A stretch of 63,226 bases of DNA, filler included, from Squatina squatina (Eukaryota), in NCBI GenBank assembly GCA_031763465.1. It is 4 parts of 4 records of this genome, joined end to end, with 100 filler letters (N's around TTAATTAATTAA, not from the genome) between each part and the next. Parts side by side here need not be neighbours in the genome. Positions count along the whole stretch, not along the records: positions 27,938 to 50,671 come from JARFOE010000001.1; 3 more parts are not named here. One strand, given 5' to 3'. The stretch's first letter is position 1. Every line of letters begins with the position of its first letter. The position numbers and the translations under genes were made by a program. Under the pieces are notes generated by a model. That model saw only the letters and a list, made by a program, of their open reading frames with translations, made no database searches and was not told where the DNA came from. Positions 35,401 to 48,798 of this stretch are shown piece by piece.

Positions 35401-38400
35401 CTATAACTCAGAAGCACGCTCAGAATTTCTGATGAACATTAATTGGAACGAAAATATTTTCCTCCTACTTTCTCCACTTGTAGTTTCACCTTGCTTCACC
35501 ACTCTTATTCCTTTCCTAACAAAATTGGCCAACTCCCGACCTATCTTATCCCATTCCAAATAATAGTTTAATGCTTGGCTCAGTGGCAGCATTCTTGCCC
35601 CTGAGTTAGAAGGTTGTGGGCTAAAAATTGCTTGGTGCCCTGTTGGAGCACTCACGGGGGGGACGGGGGGTGGGGCCAGCATTCCTCGTGCCGCCGCCTG
35701 CCCCACCCCACACCGAATTCAGCGATCCGGGGCGCCTGCAAGTCGCAGCACACTCCCGGATACAACTGGGGCAGCTGGCTTTGGATGGCGCTGGCATGGC
35801 TTCAGCGCTATGCTAGCAACATCAGAAGCGCCGCGTCAGCACTTTGCGTGCTGACATCAGCGCACAGCTTGCTGATGTCAGCAGCACTGCCAGGCCTCCC
35901 TTAAAGGGGAGGGCCGCTGGCCATCCTNNNNNNNNNNNNNNNNNNNNNNNNNNNNNNNNNNNNNNNNNNNNNNNNNNNNNNNNNNNNNNNNNNNNNNNNN
36001 NNNNNNNNNNNNNNNNNNNNNNNNNNNCATTGTGAACAAAAAAGCAACTTTTTATTATCAGGAATAGTATGCAGATTACAATTTACCATTACACAGAGGT
36101 ATGAATGCAAGTGTAATAAAGTGTTCACAGTCGTGTTGAAAATTGATGCTGTACAGAGCCTCATCTGTTTAAGTGTTTAACACTCCTTGTTATAAGCCTT
36201 CAAAATATGGTTTGAAATTTGCACATTACACTTTATGTGCATTCTTTATAGAGGAAACTCTTTTTGACTTGCGGAGATACTGGAATGCTTGTCGGACCAT
36301 TGTATTTGTTTAATTGCAAACTCATTTAATTAAAATACTTGAAACAGGCTGTGAAGTCTTCAATATACCATGTTACATGTTGGACTATTTATTCTCTCTG
36401 TCTTTTGAAACAAGTTTACTGAGCATTAATTTCCTCCTGCATATTCAAGAATTAATTGACAGAATGTATTTCCTACTTTTTATATGCTATTCACATGCAT
36501 CTTTGTAACAAGTAACCTCAAAAAGTCAGAACCAATTTCCATATATCAATTAACATGCAGCCTTATCATTCTAACCATGGCATTGAAGTCTTTGCCTCCT
36601 TGACAAAAAGAAAATCATAAATATGCTAAGTAGTTCCATTTTTCAGCAGATGAAGAGAGCATGATGCCTAATTTATCAAGTCCTGGAAACTTTATGATTG
36701 CGAGCTTTAGAATGAACCCCGCTGACCTCACTTGGGGAGCTTCAGCTTTGTTACCGGTGCTTGAAGAATTGACATGCTATGAATAGTGTTTATGTGCAAC
36801 AATTCAAAACTGGCACCAGTGAATATAGCTTTGTAGTCTGTCCAGCTTCTATATTCACAATCAGTAATTATTGTTAACACTTCACTGGGAAACAGCAAAA
36901 TACATACGACTGGCAAATATTAGAATAAGGTAATCTTGTCAAACTTTGTGCTTACACTGCTGGGATATTCAGCCACTACAAATTACGACATTAAGAATGA
37001 ACATATTAGGGTCCATCTTAACCCTAACCACTGGATAGATAATCCAGTCTGGTGGGCAGTAAAAATCACCTGTGAGACTTACCTGCCAAGGTCCCGCTGT
37101 CTTCCATGGGTACACTTTTAACCTGTTCTTCTGAGCAGGTGAGAGGGACAGCTGCTGAAAGTCAGCAGGGGTCCTTCTTTAAATACGACATCATAGGGGC
37201 CCCGACTGCAATTTTAACGGGAGGCCTGTGGTTTACCGCCAGACCAACCTAGCAGGAAGAAGAGCCGGGCCAGAAGAGACCACAATGAAAGAACTTTTCC
37301 AGGCCCCACANNNNNNNNNNNNNNNNNNNNNNNNNNNNNNNNNNNNNNNNNNNNNNNNNNNNNNNNNNNNNNNNNNNNNNNNNNNNNNNNNNNNNNNNNN
37401 NNNNNNNNNNGTGGTGGGAGGGGGCACTGCCTTTATCGGCCGGTCTGTACGTCGGTTGTCCTCCACACTCCCAGTGTGAAGGTGCCTTATAGCAGTCGTC
37501 TGATTGGGATTCTCTTCCGCCGCGCATTCCAAATACTCTACACTCAAACCCTTGCCTCCTTCTCCATGTGTGCCTTTGCTATTCGCAACAACGCCTCCAC
37601 TCGGAGACACTAGCTACGCACTGCCAGATTTGAACACTGCCATTAAATAGGGAGTGGACACAGAATTATTTTCCTTTTTTTTGCACCACCCTACCCAACT
37701 CTCCATTCCGTCCTTTAATCCCAATTTAGAATTGCCGCGGTGTTGATTTAAAGCTTCGTCTCCCTCCCCTGGTGTAACACTTAAGCGGTACAGTCCGCAA
37801 GGTCTCCAGGTCAAGTTCCAGTCGGCGTTGGGTCAGCTGGTACAGTTACAAGGGTGCTATAATTGGCCTCAGTGCCTCTGGGGTTTTGGTGTGGGGTGGA
37901 GGGGGCGTGGTGGCAGGATCCCGCGTCCACACGCTGTGCCACAAACCCATCGCTGGATCGTGTTGCCTCTGACGATTTCAGGTGAGGGCAAAGGGTGCCC
38001 ACCCCGCGATTCCCCTCCTGGTTGAACAGCCTGCTGACGCTCAGCTGCCTGGGCTCGCGCACAAAGAATTGCTGCTCCTGGTGAAGTAGCGGAGAGCTTC
38101 CATGGGTACTTCAGCAAAGTTCAGCGATGAGGGGTGAGTGGGGGAGAGAAATACCTCAGTTCCCTCCGCAATTGTTTTATGTTCTTATGTGATTGCAAAT
38201 CGCTATCGAAGGGGTCTTTGCCCCATGATTAAATCTCCAGTTACGCGCCATTTACATGTACCAAAACAATCCCAGGTTTTGAAAGCAAAAATGCCACCCT
38301 TTTACTTCTCGGCTTGGAAGAGTTGCATTGATTTAGTTCCAATGAAATAACTTGCAACATGAAAGTGACCCATATATAACTGTTTGAAACTAATCAGAAA

Positions 38401-40606
38401 AACTACTATAATTTGAATTGTATTGAGCATTAATCTGACAGCAGTTATAAAATCTATTTAAGTTTGTGTAAGGTAGAAGTGTTTCTGATTTTCCATCAAA
38501 TGATACACTAGTAAATCCAACTGGCATATTCTTGTCACATCAGTTGTTGCTTAAATTGTGTATTACATTTTAGATGTCCTGGGATTGATTCTCTAATCCT
38601 TGTGAAATGCAGACAGGCAACTGGAAAATGTGGCAACATTCAATGCAAGAGTTAATGGATATAAGGAAATGCACCTCATATGTAATTACAAGAACTACAG
38701 GATGAGATCAGTATCTGGNNNNNNNNNNNNNNNNNNNNNNNNNNNNNNNNNNNNNNNNNNNNNNNNNNNNNNNNNNNNNNNNNNNNNNNNNNNNNNNNNN
38801 NNNNNNNNNNNNNNNNNNTATATAAATGCAAATCTTTCTGTCTTTCTAAGTGAGCAATTAACATATGGTAATGGGCAACCTGCCTCTCCTGAGGGGGTTA
38901 CGCACACGCAGCTTAACACGCTCGAGTTAAATGCGGAAGTCGGCGGATTGGAGCCGGTTTCCACACGCTGTCATTTTCCCCCATTTTAAGCCCCCACCAG
39001 CACACAAATAGATGTGGCACCTTCTTTGATCAGATTATAAGGAGGAACAGTTTCACTCCCTGTGGTTTCCACATCTGGACTTCGGTATTGATTTTTAATA
39101 CCCGAGATAGAAAACGATCCTGGAAAACCAGTGTTGCATTAGAGTGAAAAATGCAATCATTCTCAGAATCCTATTGTTAAGGTCCCAACCACGCATGATA
39201 GCCATGAGTTTTTTTTGTATCAGGCACTGTTGAGAACACAAAAAATGCAATTATAAAATGTTTAATTCTTGTTCTGCACCATTAAATGAATCCAGCATGA
39301 AAAATTGATTACTGTCTGTTAATGGCTTTTGTGCCTGCTGTGAGTAACACTGATTTTCATCACAAAACAGATTCCCCTGTTGTGATTCAGCTACAGATGA
39401 TGACACCATCCCTTATTTAATCTATTTTAAATTTACAGTAAGGTATCGGACTGATTCTGTCACGTGTGAAAGTGAAATTGATAAAGAATTATTTTTCCNN
39501 NNNNNNNNNNNNNNNNNNNNNNNNNNNNNNNNNNNNNNNNNNNNNNNNNNNNNNNNNNNNNNNNNNNNNNNNNNNNNNNNNNNNNNNNNNNNNNNNNNCT
39601 ATTTCATCTGAAGGAGAACCTGCAGAGCAATGCAGCACTCACTCAGTGTAGTTTGCATGCTTAACTTCTGGAGTGGAATTTAATCCCACAACCTCTGACT
39701 CTTAGGTAAGAGTACTATCAGCTGTGCCAAGCTGCCACTGTCACAATGTCACTGAGAACTTAAAATGTGCAAGTGGCATAAATAGTGTTGTTTCAAATAT
39801 AGGAATAGTAATAGGTGCCTGGTCACAATTGCATTTTTCTTAATAGTGTTTATTGCTGTTATAGAGTGGTAATTGTGAACAAATTGACGTTTATTAAATT
39901 GGCATGCATTTCTGCTTAAGAAACAAATAAAGTTTGCATATCATAAAAAGTCACATGGGAGTTTACAAAGCAATTTTTTAATCAGATCACAGTTCACCAT
40001 TTCTGCATTTCAAATCCGCAGCTGACTGAACAAACCTATTAACAGTCCACTCAGCATGTATTAACATAGCAGCACAAGTATGCAACTGTGATTAGCGCAG
40101 CAAGGGATTAGGTTGAGAGATATGTTTATCGTTGTCAAAATGCACAAAATCAAGCAATGTTCACCAATATAATTGCAAAGCAAAGGCTGTGTCAAGCTAC
40201 TCGGAACAACATGATTGATTGCTATGCGAGCGACTCTGTTTCTCTGTTTAATGTCACATAATATGGAAAGGAATCGAAGAGAACTTTTGACAGAGGGCTT
40301 TACACAAACTTTGAAGCCCAAGGACTAACCTGTTTCATTCCCAATTGACAGTCAGGAACCTGTTCTGCAATACCACTTGGGAGCCTCTGGTGCTTGGCAC
40401 TCTGCAGCTTCTGAAGAGTATACATGAATTCCACAAACCAAACCCTAGACCCCTTTGAAGTTTAGCCCAGATAAGGTTAGCCAAGTATACCTTGATTTCC
40501 AGTACAAGTGAGTCCTGGTTAGTACAGCTGCTGGGAAATGTTGAATTCATCTCTATTAAATGGATGCTTTCAGCAGATTCTAAAAGAATAAATGTTTGAT
40601 TTTCAG

Positions 40607-40793
40607 GATGGGAGCATCTGACAACATCTACAAAGGTCAAAGCACATTTATGGAAGAACTGACTGAGGCAGCAGAGATCATTAAAAAGGCAACATCTCGC
40701 TCATTAATCATCTTGGATGAACTCGGAAGAGGCACAAGTACTCATGATGGTATTGCCATCGCTTATGCTACTCTGGAGCACTTTATTAAAGAT
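40607..40793 (+). CDS. MSH3: DNA mismatch repair protein MSH3, ATPase (Walker B) exon
   Basis: GATTTTCAG|G ATG GGA...GAT|GTAAGT; 187 bp; [62 protein letters not shown] fits MSH3 among MutS homologues ([15 protein letters not shown]). Confidence 0.93.
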
Positions 40794-40949
40794 GTAAGTA
40801 TTTNNNNNNNNNNNNNNNNNNNNNNNNNNNNNNNNNNNNNNNNNNNNNNNNNNNNNNNNNNNNNNNNNNNNNNNNNNNNNNNNNNNNNNNNNNNNNNNNN
40901 NNNACTACGCACTGTGGTGGGATCAGCAGCTACACAGGAGAGAGGTGCA

Positions 40950-41958
40950 GAACAGCAGCGAGAAGGCCAACAGAGGGGCTGAGGTCACAGGAGACACTAT
41001 CCACTTCCTTGACCTCTCTAAAGAGCAGCGCTTCCACAGTTTGAGATTGTCAGGTCAGGAGGGTGCAGGAATCTGCACCACCCTAGAAGAAGACCTGCTG
41101 GCCCTGTTGGCCACACGTTATTTGTGGATATGAAGGTCACCACCGCCCTCAACGTTTTTTGCCTTGGGTTCCTTCCAGGGCACTACTGGAGACATACCAT
41201 GGGTCTTTCTGCCCGTTGCACGTAAATGCATAAGGTAGGTGATGGATGGATTGTTTTTCAGGGCTGGGAGTTATGTAAACTTTCCCTGTGATGACAAAAG
41301 CCAGACTAAGCAGGTACTCATATACCACAGGTACACGATGCCATTGATTGCACACATGTGGCAATCTGAGGACCATCACAGCAACCAGGAGTTTTTATAA
41401 ACCACAAGGGATATTCTTCCATCAATGCACAGCTGATGTGCGACCACAAGAAAAGGTTGGTGCAGGTGTGTGCCAGAATCCCTGGGAGCTGTCATGATGA
41501 TTTCATACTGCAGCACTCCAACATCCCAGATCTTTTTGTTCCAGGAACCAGACTTAAGGGCTGGCAAGTACGAGACAAGGAATACCCACTTCAAACTTAG
41601 CTCATGATACCTGGAGGAACCCCACCAATGAGGAGCAGAAGCACTACGAGAGCCACATGACCACCAGATGTGTTGTAGAGCAAACCATCAGAATGTTGAA
41701 AATGCGCTTTAGGTGCCTAAGTAGGTTCGGAGCTGCTGTTCAGTACTTGTCACAAGGGTGTTCAGATAGATAGTGGTGTGCTGCATCCTGTTCAGCAATG
41801 TGCAGCAGAGAGGATTACAGGTGGAAAAGGACAAAGGGGCTCATCAGGCATATTTAGATGAGGAGGAATATGAAGATGGGGAACCCATCACCAGCCCAGC
41901 CACATGCATTGCTTCCCAGGATGCCAGGGATGCCCTCATAGCTCGAACGTTCAGTTAA
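40950..41958 (+). mobile_element. PIF/Harbinger transposase (HARBI1-like DDE) pseudogene
   Basis: FLDLSKEQRFHSLRL; IDCTHVAI*GPSQQPGVFINHKGYSSINAQLMCD (from 41343); VCARIPGSCHDDFIL; GWQVRDKEYPLQT*LM; SHMTTRCVVEQTIRMLKMRFRCL; internal stops and frameshifts. Confidence 0.9.
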
Positions 41959-42191
41959 TTATTCCTATTGGAACAAATAACAAATGAAAGCCAGTACCAG
42001 AAGCAACGACCTTTCTTAAACAGTCCTTCAATCATGCTAGTGGTAGCGGTGGGTGGATATATGGGGAGGTGAGGAAGTGCATAGAAAGTGAAGGGTGGGT
42101 GTGAGGAGTGATGTGATGGAGTATGCTTGGCAAGGTAGAGTGAAAGGGGGGCATCTACACCAAGGATGTAGGTGAATCAGTAGGTGCTCAC

Positions 42192-42259
42192 TTTTTCTGA
42201 CCTGGTTAGGTCATTAAATTGCTTCCTGCACTGCATCCAACACCAGGGCACAACGCTCC
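42192..42259 (-). mobile_element. Harbinger Myb/SANT-like accessory gene fragment
   Basis: SVVPWCWMQCRKQFNDLTRSEK followed by a GTGAGC donor; convergent with the transposase. Confidence 0.75.
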
Positions 42260-42359
42260 NNNNNNNNNNNNNNNNNNNNNNNNNNNNNNNNNNNNNNNNN
42301 NNNNNNNNNNNNNNNNNNNNNNNNNNNNNNNNNNNNNNNNNNNNNNNNNNNNNNNNNNN

Positions 42360-42949
42360 ACACGCACTTCAGAAATTCGTCCCCCTCTCTGTCCTTTACA
42401 CTACTACTATCCCAGACTATATTAGTGTAACTGAAGTCCCCCATTATCACTACTCTATAATTCTTGTACCTCTGTAATTTCCTTGCAAATTTGTTCTTCG
42501 ATATCCTTCCCACTACTTGGTGGCCCACAGAATATACCTAGTAGTGTAATGGCACTTCTATTGTTTTTCAACTCTAACCAGATAGATTCTGCCCTTGACC
42601 CTTCCAGGACATCCTCTCTCTCCAGCACTAATAGACTCCTGAATGAATACTGCCACCCCAGCTCCTTTCTTCCGTTCCCCATCTTTGCTGAACACCGTAT
42701 ATCCAGGAATATTTAATACCCAATCCTGCCCTTTTTTGAGCCAGGTATCAGTTATTGCCACAACGTCATATTCCCATGTGCCTGTTTGTTTCTGCAGCTC
42801 ACCAACCTTATGGAAACATAGAAAATAGGAGCAGGAGTAGACCATTTGGCCCTTCGGGCCTGCTCCACCATTTGCTATGATCATGGCTGATCGTTTAACC
42901 CAGTACCATGTTCCCGTTTTCTCCCCATATCCCTTGATGCCTTTAGTAT
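42360..42949 (-). mobile_element. CR1 endonuclease fragment abutting a second CR1 3' end
   Basis: YDVVAITDTWL...LNIPGYTVF...GAGVAV; ESIWLELKN; VIMGDFSY; CR1 tail GAAACATAGAAAATAGGAGCAGGAGTAG from 42813. Confidence 0.88.
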
Positions 42950-44102
42950 NNNNNNNNNNNNNNNNNNNNNNNNNNNNNNNNNNNNNNNNNNNNNNNNNNN
43001 NNNNNNNNNNNNNNNNNNNNNNNNNNNNNNNNNNNNNNNNNNNNNNNNNTATGTGCTGTATTTTCTATGTTCTATGTTCTATGTTCTATATCAACATCCC
43101 TGTTACTTAATCCATAGTGAAGTCAGCCACCAATTAATTATCACTGGAACCAGTTCATGTTTATGCAGATTTGCATTTTATCAGTGTGGTTATTTAGACT
43201 GATAATTATTACCTTTGTTGTGGCCCACGTAGTAATTTATTTGATTCCGGCATTTGCATTCTGACTAAAGCAGCAGCAATAGTCTTTTGAGGCTTGCCAA
43301 TTTGAGCTAAGCTTCCTTTGTTGCCTGGCAACACTACCTAACACTGCTAAAGGGCAACGGCAAACTTGCACGAATAATTTGGTCATGGCTCAGTTCCAAT
43401 ATATGATTACGACTGTTTTCTTTATGACTTTACAATTTGTACACTTGTTAGCTCATTTCTTGGGCAAAGACTATTTGTTTTTTTCCAAGTACCCAAGCCT
43501 ATACTGAAGTCAATTGCTGGCAACACAAAATGTCACTAATCACATAATGGCATCAAAGGCAGATTGTAGCTATTCACGTCACTTATGCTAACACAGAAAT
43601 TAAACATTGTGCTATACGTACCGTGCAGAAATGAAGCTGAATGCTATTGCAGGCTAGCAAACTAGTACATTCACAAATTTGTGACAGCAATTTAAAATCT
43701 GTGTCAAAAATCTTAATAAAAATATTTTGCTGTGAAGTTATAAGACTATAAACTGCTAAAATTGTATCAAAATAAATATGCTAATAAATCAGATGATAAA
43801 AGGGCGCCGGTTGCTTCTAAATCATTCTCAGACATGTCTTGCAACACTTGCTGTACACATGGTAGACCTGTGAATGAGGTATTCACCCGACTGATGCAGT
43901 GCATTCAGTGAGAATGACTGAGACAGATGCATTGCATTGCATAAGGATTGGAGTGAGTTTCAACGGTGGGTGGATTATTGGGAAAGTGATGAAGTGCATA
44001 GAAAGTGAAGGCTGGGTGCTGCTGAAATTTGAATGGGTTGGATGGTGAACACTTGGCAATACAGAGTGAAAGGTGGGGGCTTAATGCAGCAAATGTACCC
44101 AC

Positions 44103-44330
44103 TTTCCTGATCAGGTTAGTTCATTAAACCACTTCCTGCACTCCACCAAGACCAGGGCACAATGCTCCTGCTGCTCACCCCCTCAGCTGCCTCCAACCAC
44201 GGTTTCCTGGTGAGAGTCGCAAGTTTCTTCCTCCAGTTGCTGGGAAAAGCTGCTCCTGATTGCCCAGCAGTAATTCTAATGATACATCATTGAACCTGGG
44301 TGCTGGCCTTGCTCTATGTGCAGCATCCAT
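44103..44330 (-). mobile_element. Harbinger Myb/SANT-like gene, first exon remnant
   Basis: MDAAHRARPAPRFNDVSLELLL...EQLFP, then frameshifted ...SIVPW...CRKWFNELT; adjacent intron shares GAAGTGCATAGAAAGTGAAGG with the copy near 42074. Confidence 0.75.
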
Positions 44331-47300
44331 CGGGAACAACTCCTGGTTCATCCCAAATACCATTTGTACACTGTCCCTTTAAATAGAGCNNNNNNNNNNC
44401 GTCGTGCTGTGCGCATCATGCCAGCTGCGCAGCTTGGAGGCGGGAAACCCGGAAGTAAAAATGTAATGCTTCAATTGAGATGCGATCGCAGATTACAACC
44501 CACTAACTTGACTTCCAGGTTTCACACATGCAATTTCAGCCCCCCGCTCGGAAGCAGCCTTCTGATTAATATCGGAGCCTGACACGTATGCTTGAGTGGG
44601 TTGTCCACAGCTGCTTGCTTCTTATCTCACTTGCTCCAGACTATGGAATGTGTAGACCTCTCTTATCAATGTCCAAACCGGGGCAGTAATGTGGGGCGCA
44701 AAGGACCCAAATTTCTAGGCCTAAAACTCTTAGATTAAGGAATCCCAATTGGGCTGCGCCCAAATGGGCCCAGGCATTCGGGTCACTCAGCCCAGAGTGC
44801 ACCCTGCTAACAGCGGGGCACTGCGTCGTGGCATTGGCCTCATGGAAGCTGTTTCGGGCCAGCATAGTGTGACAACGCAAAATCAGCGNNNNNNNNNNNN
44901 NNNNNNNNNNNNNNNNNNNNNNNNNNNNNNNNNNNNNNNNNNNNNNNNNNNNNNNNNNNNNNNNNNNNNNNNNNNNNNNNNNNNNNNNTACACATATTCC
45001 TGGAGTATACTGTTTTACTGTAAGTTTAGCAGTGGGTAGGTTAGGAACACTGTGAATAAAACTGTCCTGGCACCAATTTTCGTTTTAACCTGATGCCATT
45101 TTCATTAAATGCTCTCTAGAATAACTATTACTATCTTCTGGTATTATAGATGTTCAGCCAAGGATGATGAAAGCTGAAAGGAACCAAAGAGTTGGTGACA
45201 AAAATTGAATAGTAAAATATAATATTTGTTGTATAAAATTCTAATGGCATTCGCTATATTGTGTCGATGTGTCAAAACTCAGCAGATACTCCATTTTGAT
45301 TGAAATGTCTATATTACTGAATTATTATGAAATGCCAGTAATCGTTTAGTTTGTTGGATTTAAGTACTGAGCTTAGATACTAAATCAGATTCTATAAAAG
45401 TAGTATTATTTAATGTGGGCATTTTTGTTAATAGTGAAAAACATTTGCGTACATCCACAGTAACGTGTGTCCATTATACACCAACACCACATATATGTAT
45501 TTATTATTGCTCACTTCCCTTTATATACATATCAGGAATGAACATAATGCTGGGGTTCCTATTAAATATAAAAAGGCAATATCCACCTTACATTGTATTT
45601 TTGGATTATGTTAATATTTGGAGAAGCTGTACAATTTTTCTATAGTTGTATTTTATATTTGTTTTCAAAATTAAATCCTCATTTTCAATTGCACTTAAGG
45701 ATTTGTGTTAAACATCATAAAGCATACTTATGGGTTTACAACATGTAGAGTAGTACCTCCTGGGCAGTTTATATGCACAGGGCTTTCCAGGGTGCTAGAA
45801 TGAAGACACTTAAATTATGTTATAAAACCTGATATATTTGTTAGCTAATTATAATACACAGTTTGCATTGATGCAAAGCTGAAACTGCTTTAATTGATAC
45901 AAACTGTGTAACGTAATTCAAGTGTGACGTCACCCAAATAAAATTCAGGCAAACATCTCCCTGGGCTAAGGAATAATTTGGGGCCTGGAGTATCTGCATC
46001 CCTCTAAGTATAACAGCACCCAAGATGGATAATGCCTTTATGTCATATCACAACTTGCTGACCAAGATCACATTGGTGTTAAGTGCACTTAGTCTTTCTG
46101 AAATGCAAATATGAAATAGCTCGGCAGTGCAGTCGCCACTGTTTGTGTTGTGACCTCTGCTCCGCCATCTTAATGAGCCACTTCCTTTTTGAACTGACAG
46201 GATCAAATTTTAACATGGCAGCTCTGAAATCCCTTAAACCTCCCATCTGCTTAACCTTCCTTTTGATTCCGAGTCCTTCCAACATCCGATGTTAATCTGA
46301 AGGAGCAGAAGGAATGAAGAGGGCCATGGCCGTGAAAGCAGGTAAACAGTCAAAGTGCTTTGAGCTTATAATTCAGGCACAGCGTTTTGTGAGAACCATA
46401 TTGAACCAATAAGCAGTAAATTAACACCATGCGCTGTGCAAGGCCTAAAGGCTATCCAAAAGAGCAAAGGAGCCATAAAGTGAGTTTAGTAAGGGAACAA
46501 CATGTTCACATTTTTCACATATTGAGAAAAAAAACACCTCATTAAAATCCAAAATGCTCAAAGAAGAATTTTGCCCAACCTTACAGACTTTGGCTTCTAA
46601 TGTCTGGACCTTTACCTTCCCACAAGCCTAGGGTTGGCACACTCGCAAGCTAGAATAATACGGGTGGAGACAATTAAAGTTAATAATAAAAGGGAAGGGA
46701 GTTGGAGGAAAGCATTTGCAGTGTGCCGTGCACTAAACCAAACCCAAGACATGCAACAAGCTGTCTTCGTTCTTCTTCCAAGGCAACTAACTCAAACCAG
46801 CCTAGTATGCTACTGGACTGAGCCATTAAACCACTTGAAAGGGCTCAGCAGAGATGGCCTGGAACGACATCTTTCCGTTCGGTCACTGAGGCTGCAGCTG
46901 TATAGTTTTATACTGTGATGATGATTGTTCCTGAAACCACCAAAGCATCTGCTCCTCATCAGCTTTTGTGACCAAGATGGCAGGATGCCTATTCTGAAGC
47001 CAACCTTGTAACACTTACCGACACAAAACTCCTTCTTTTCCTCTCCACATAGACTGGCTACGTTTTCTTGCAAATGCGTAAAAAAGCATCGAATTATATT
47101 TAATTAAAAAAAAAGAGAGATTTCTGCACCCNNNNNNNNNNNNNNNNNNNNNNNNNNNNNNNNNNNNNNNNNNNNNNNNNNNNNNNNNNNNNNNNNNNNN
47201 NNNNNNNNNNNNNNNNNNNNNNNNNNNNNNNCAATTCAATAATCTAAATCCAGTTCATCAGAAAAGTACTATATTCGTCCAGGGAGATTAATATGTGTAG

Positions 47301-48330
47301 AATACTGAAGTGATGCAGCCATATTAAATAAGGATACCTTTAAAAAGTTACATTTCAGGCCAGTTTTTTTTTTACCTTTTTGAAAGCAGTTCTGCATAGA
47401 CAGAACCTGAGATTTAAACAAATTAACTTTAAACTGTATTCATTTCTTGTAAACAAAACAGATTATGCATGTTAGCTGCTTCATAAATAATTCAACATTT
47501 TGACACTAAAAAGCAGATATCTGTTTGGAATCAAGTCGTACCTAATGATGTTCTCGCTGGCACAGCCTCTTTATTGATCCAGAATGACACCCATGACAGG
47601 ACAACTGTAAGTGAGCAAGGTATGTAGGTCTGGATAGTAAAGTACCCCATTCTTCTACTTAAATCAAAGAATATTGTCATTATGACATAATCTCCTGTAA
47701 TGAGAAAAATTAAATCACATTTTAGTTAATTAGAATAACAGCATTTTTTAAGATTGAGTCAAGAAATAAAAAATTGTTTTTCCCAAATGATCACCTTTTC
47801 AAGATGATTGATTGATTGCATCTTCCTCGATAACATTATAAGGTGTACTTGCAGTTATTCAGAATGTAATGGTGTTGTCAGGCGACCTTCCTCATGAAAA
47901 GGATAGTGAGGGTGCAGCAGCAACGAGTGGCGGGGGGAAGGGGACGCAGACGTTTAGCACGAAGGGATCCTGCAAGGGAGGCTAGGGAGAACCTCATAGA
48001 GGTAAGATTTCAGTAGCTTACCACTTCAACACACCCATATCTATGAATTGTTTTAACAAGTTCATAATGTGTAGACCCCACAATCCATTCCCCTCACTCA
48101 ATCAAATGACCAAACACAAACACTGGAGAAAAGGCCTCCACACACCCTGGAATGAGACACATACACAATCATGTGTTGAAAAGTGAAAAAGATCATAAAT
48201 CATACTTCAAACATACATCCTAATAAAGTTAATCACCCTAGTGCTTCTCCAAATCACCCTTCACCTTCTTCACCCTACTACTTCTTCTCAGTGACTCCCA
48301 GGTGGCTTCAGCAGGGCTACTGGAAGGCTG

Positions 48331-48798
48331 CTATGAGGTTGAAGGGGTCTCGGCAGGTCTCTTCTTTGGACACCCTCGAGTAGCCTTGGCCCTGGATGGG
48401 CATGCTTCAGACTCCTCCACCGCAGGAGGTGTGGCGGCAGTCTCGGCTGCCTGGGTACTAACTATGGGCAGTTGTAATGGCAGAGTGGCAATGGCAGGCA
48501 CCTGAATGCTGTCATACTGAGAGAGGAGAGCACCTCCAGACCCCTCAGCAGCACTGCCACTCCCCTGGGGTGTCTGCACCTTGTCCGCATCAGTCAGCGG
48601 GACAGCAGATTGTTGGGTCTCGGTGCAGTCGTCGGACCACCGGTGCACTGTTGTGGACCCAGAAGCCATGCCATCTGTCATTGATTGATTGTCGTGGAGG
48701 TGAGACTCCAGGCCAATAACAATCCTCTGCGTCACGTCATGCTGTGATTGCGTGAGCACGTTGTCGGTAAACCTTCGGCTCCTTTTTGGTGCTGCCAT
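48331..48798 (-). mobile_element. Probable low-complexity C-terminal part of a Harbinger accessory (Myb-like) ORF
   Basis: S/T/A/P-rich ORF ending EACPSRAKATRGCPKKRP; lies convergent with a transposase-5'-like remnant (GRGRRRLARR) near 47935-47965. The assignment is inference. Confidence 0.45.

Noticed and set aside
39021-39119. 99-nt minus-strand symmetric exon candidate
   Set aside because: Weak donor (GTGCCA) and unrecognised peptide.
40950-41958. Functional domesticated HARBI1 gene
   Set aside because: Internal stops, frameshifts and a degenerate GDxGYP motif.
47019-47066. 48-nt minus-strand exon-like piece (NVASLCGEEKKEFCV) faintly like a neuregulin EGF start
   Set aside because: Too short, the NGGxC continuation is absent and the exon boundary does not fit.
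47517-47606. 90-nt open frame with a GTAAGT donor and Ig-like GTASLLIQN
   Set aside because: No polypyrimidine tract and no DxGxYxC motif; likely chance.
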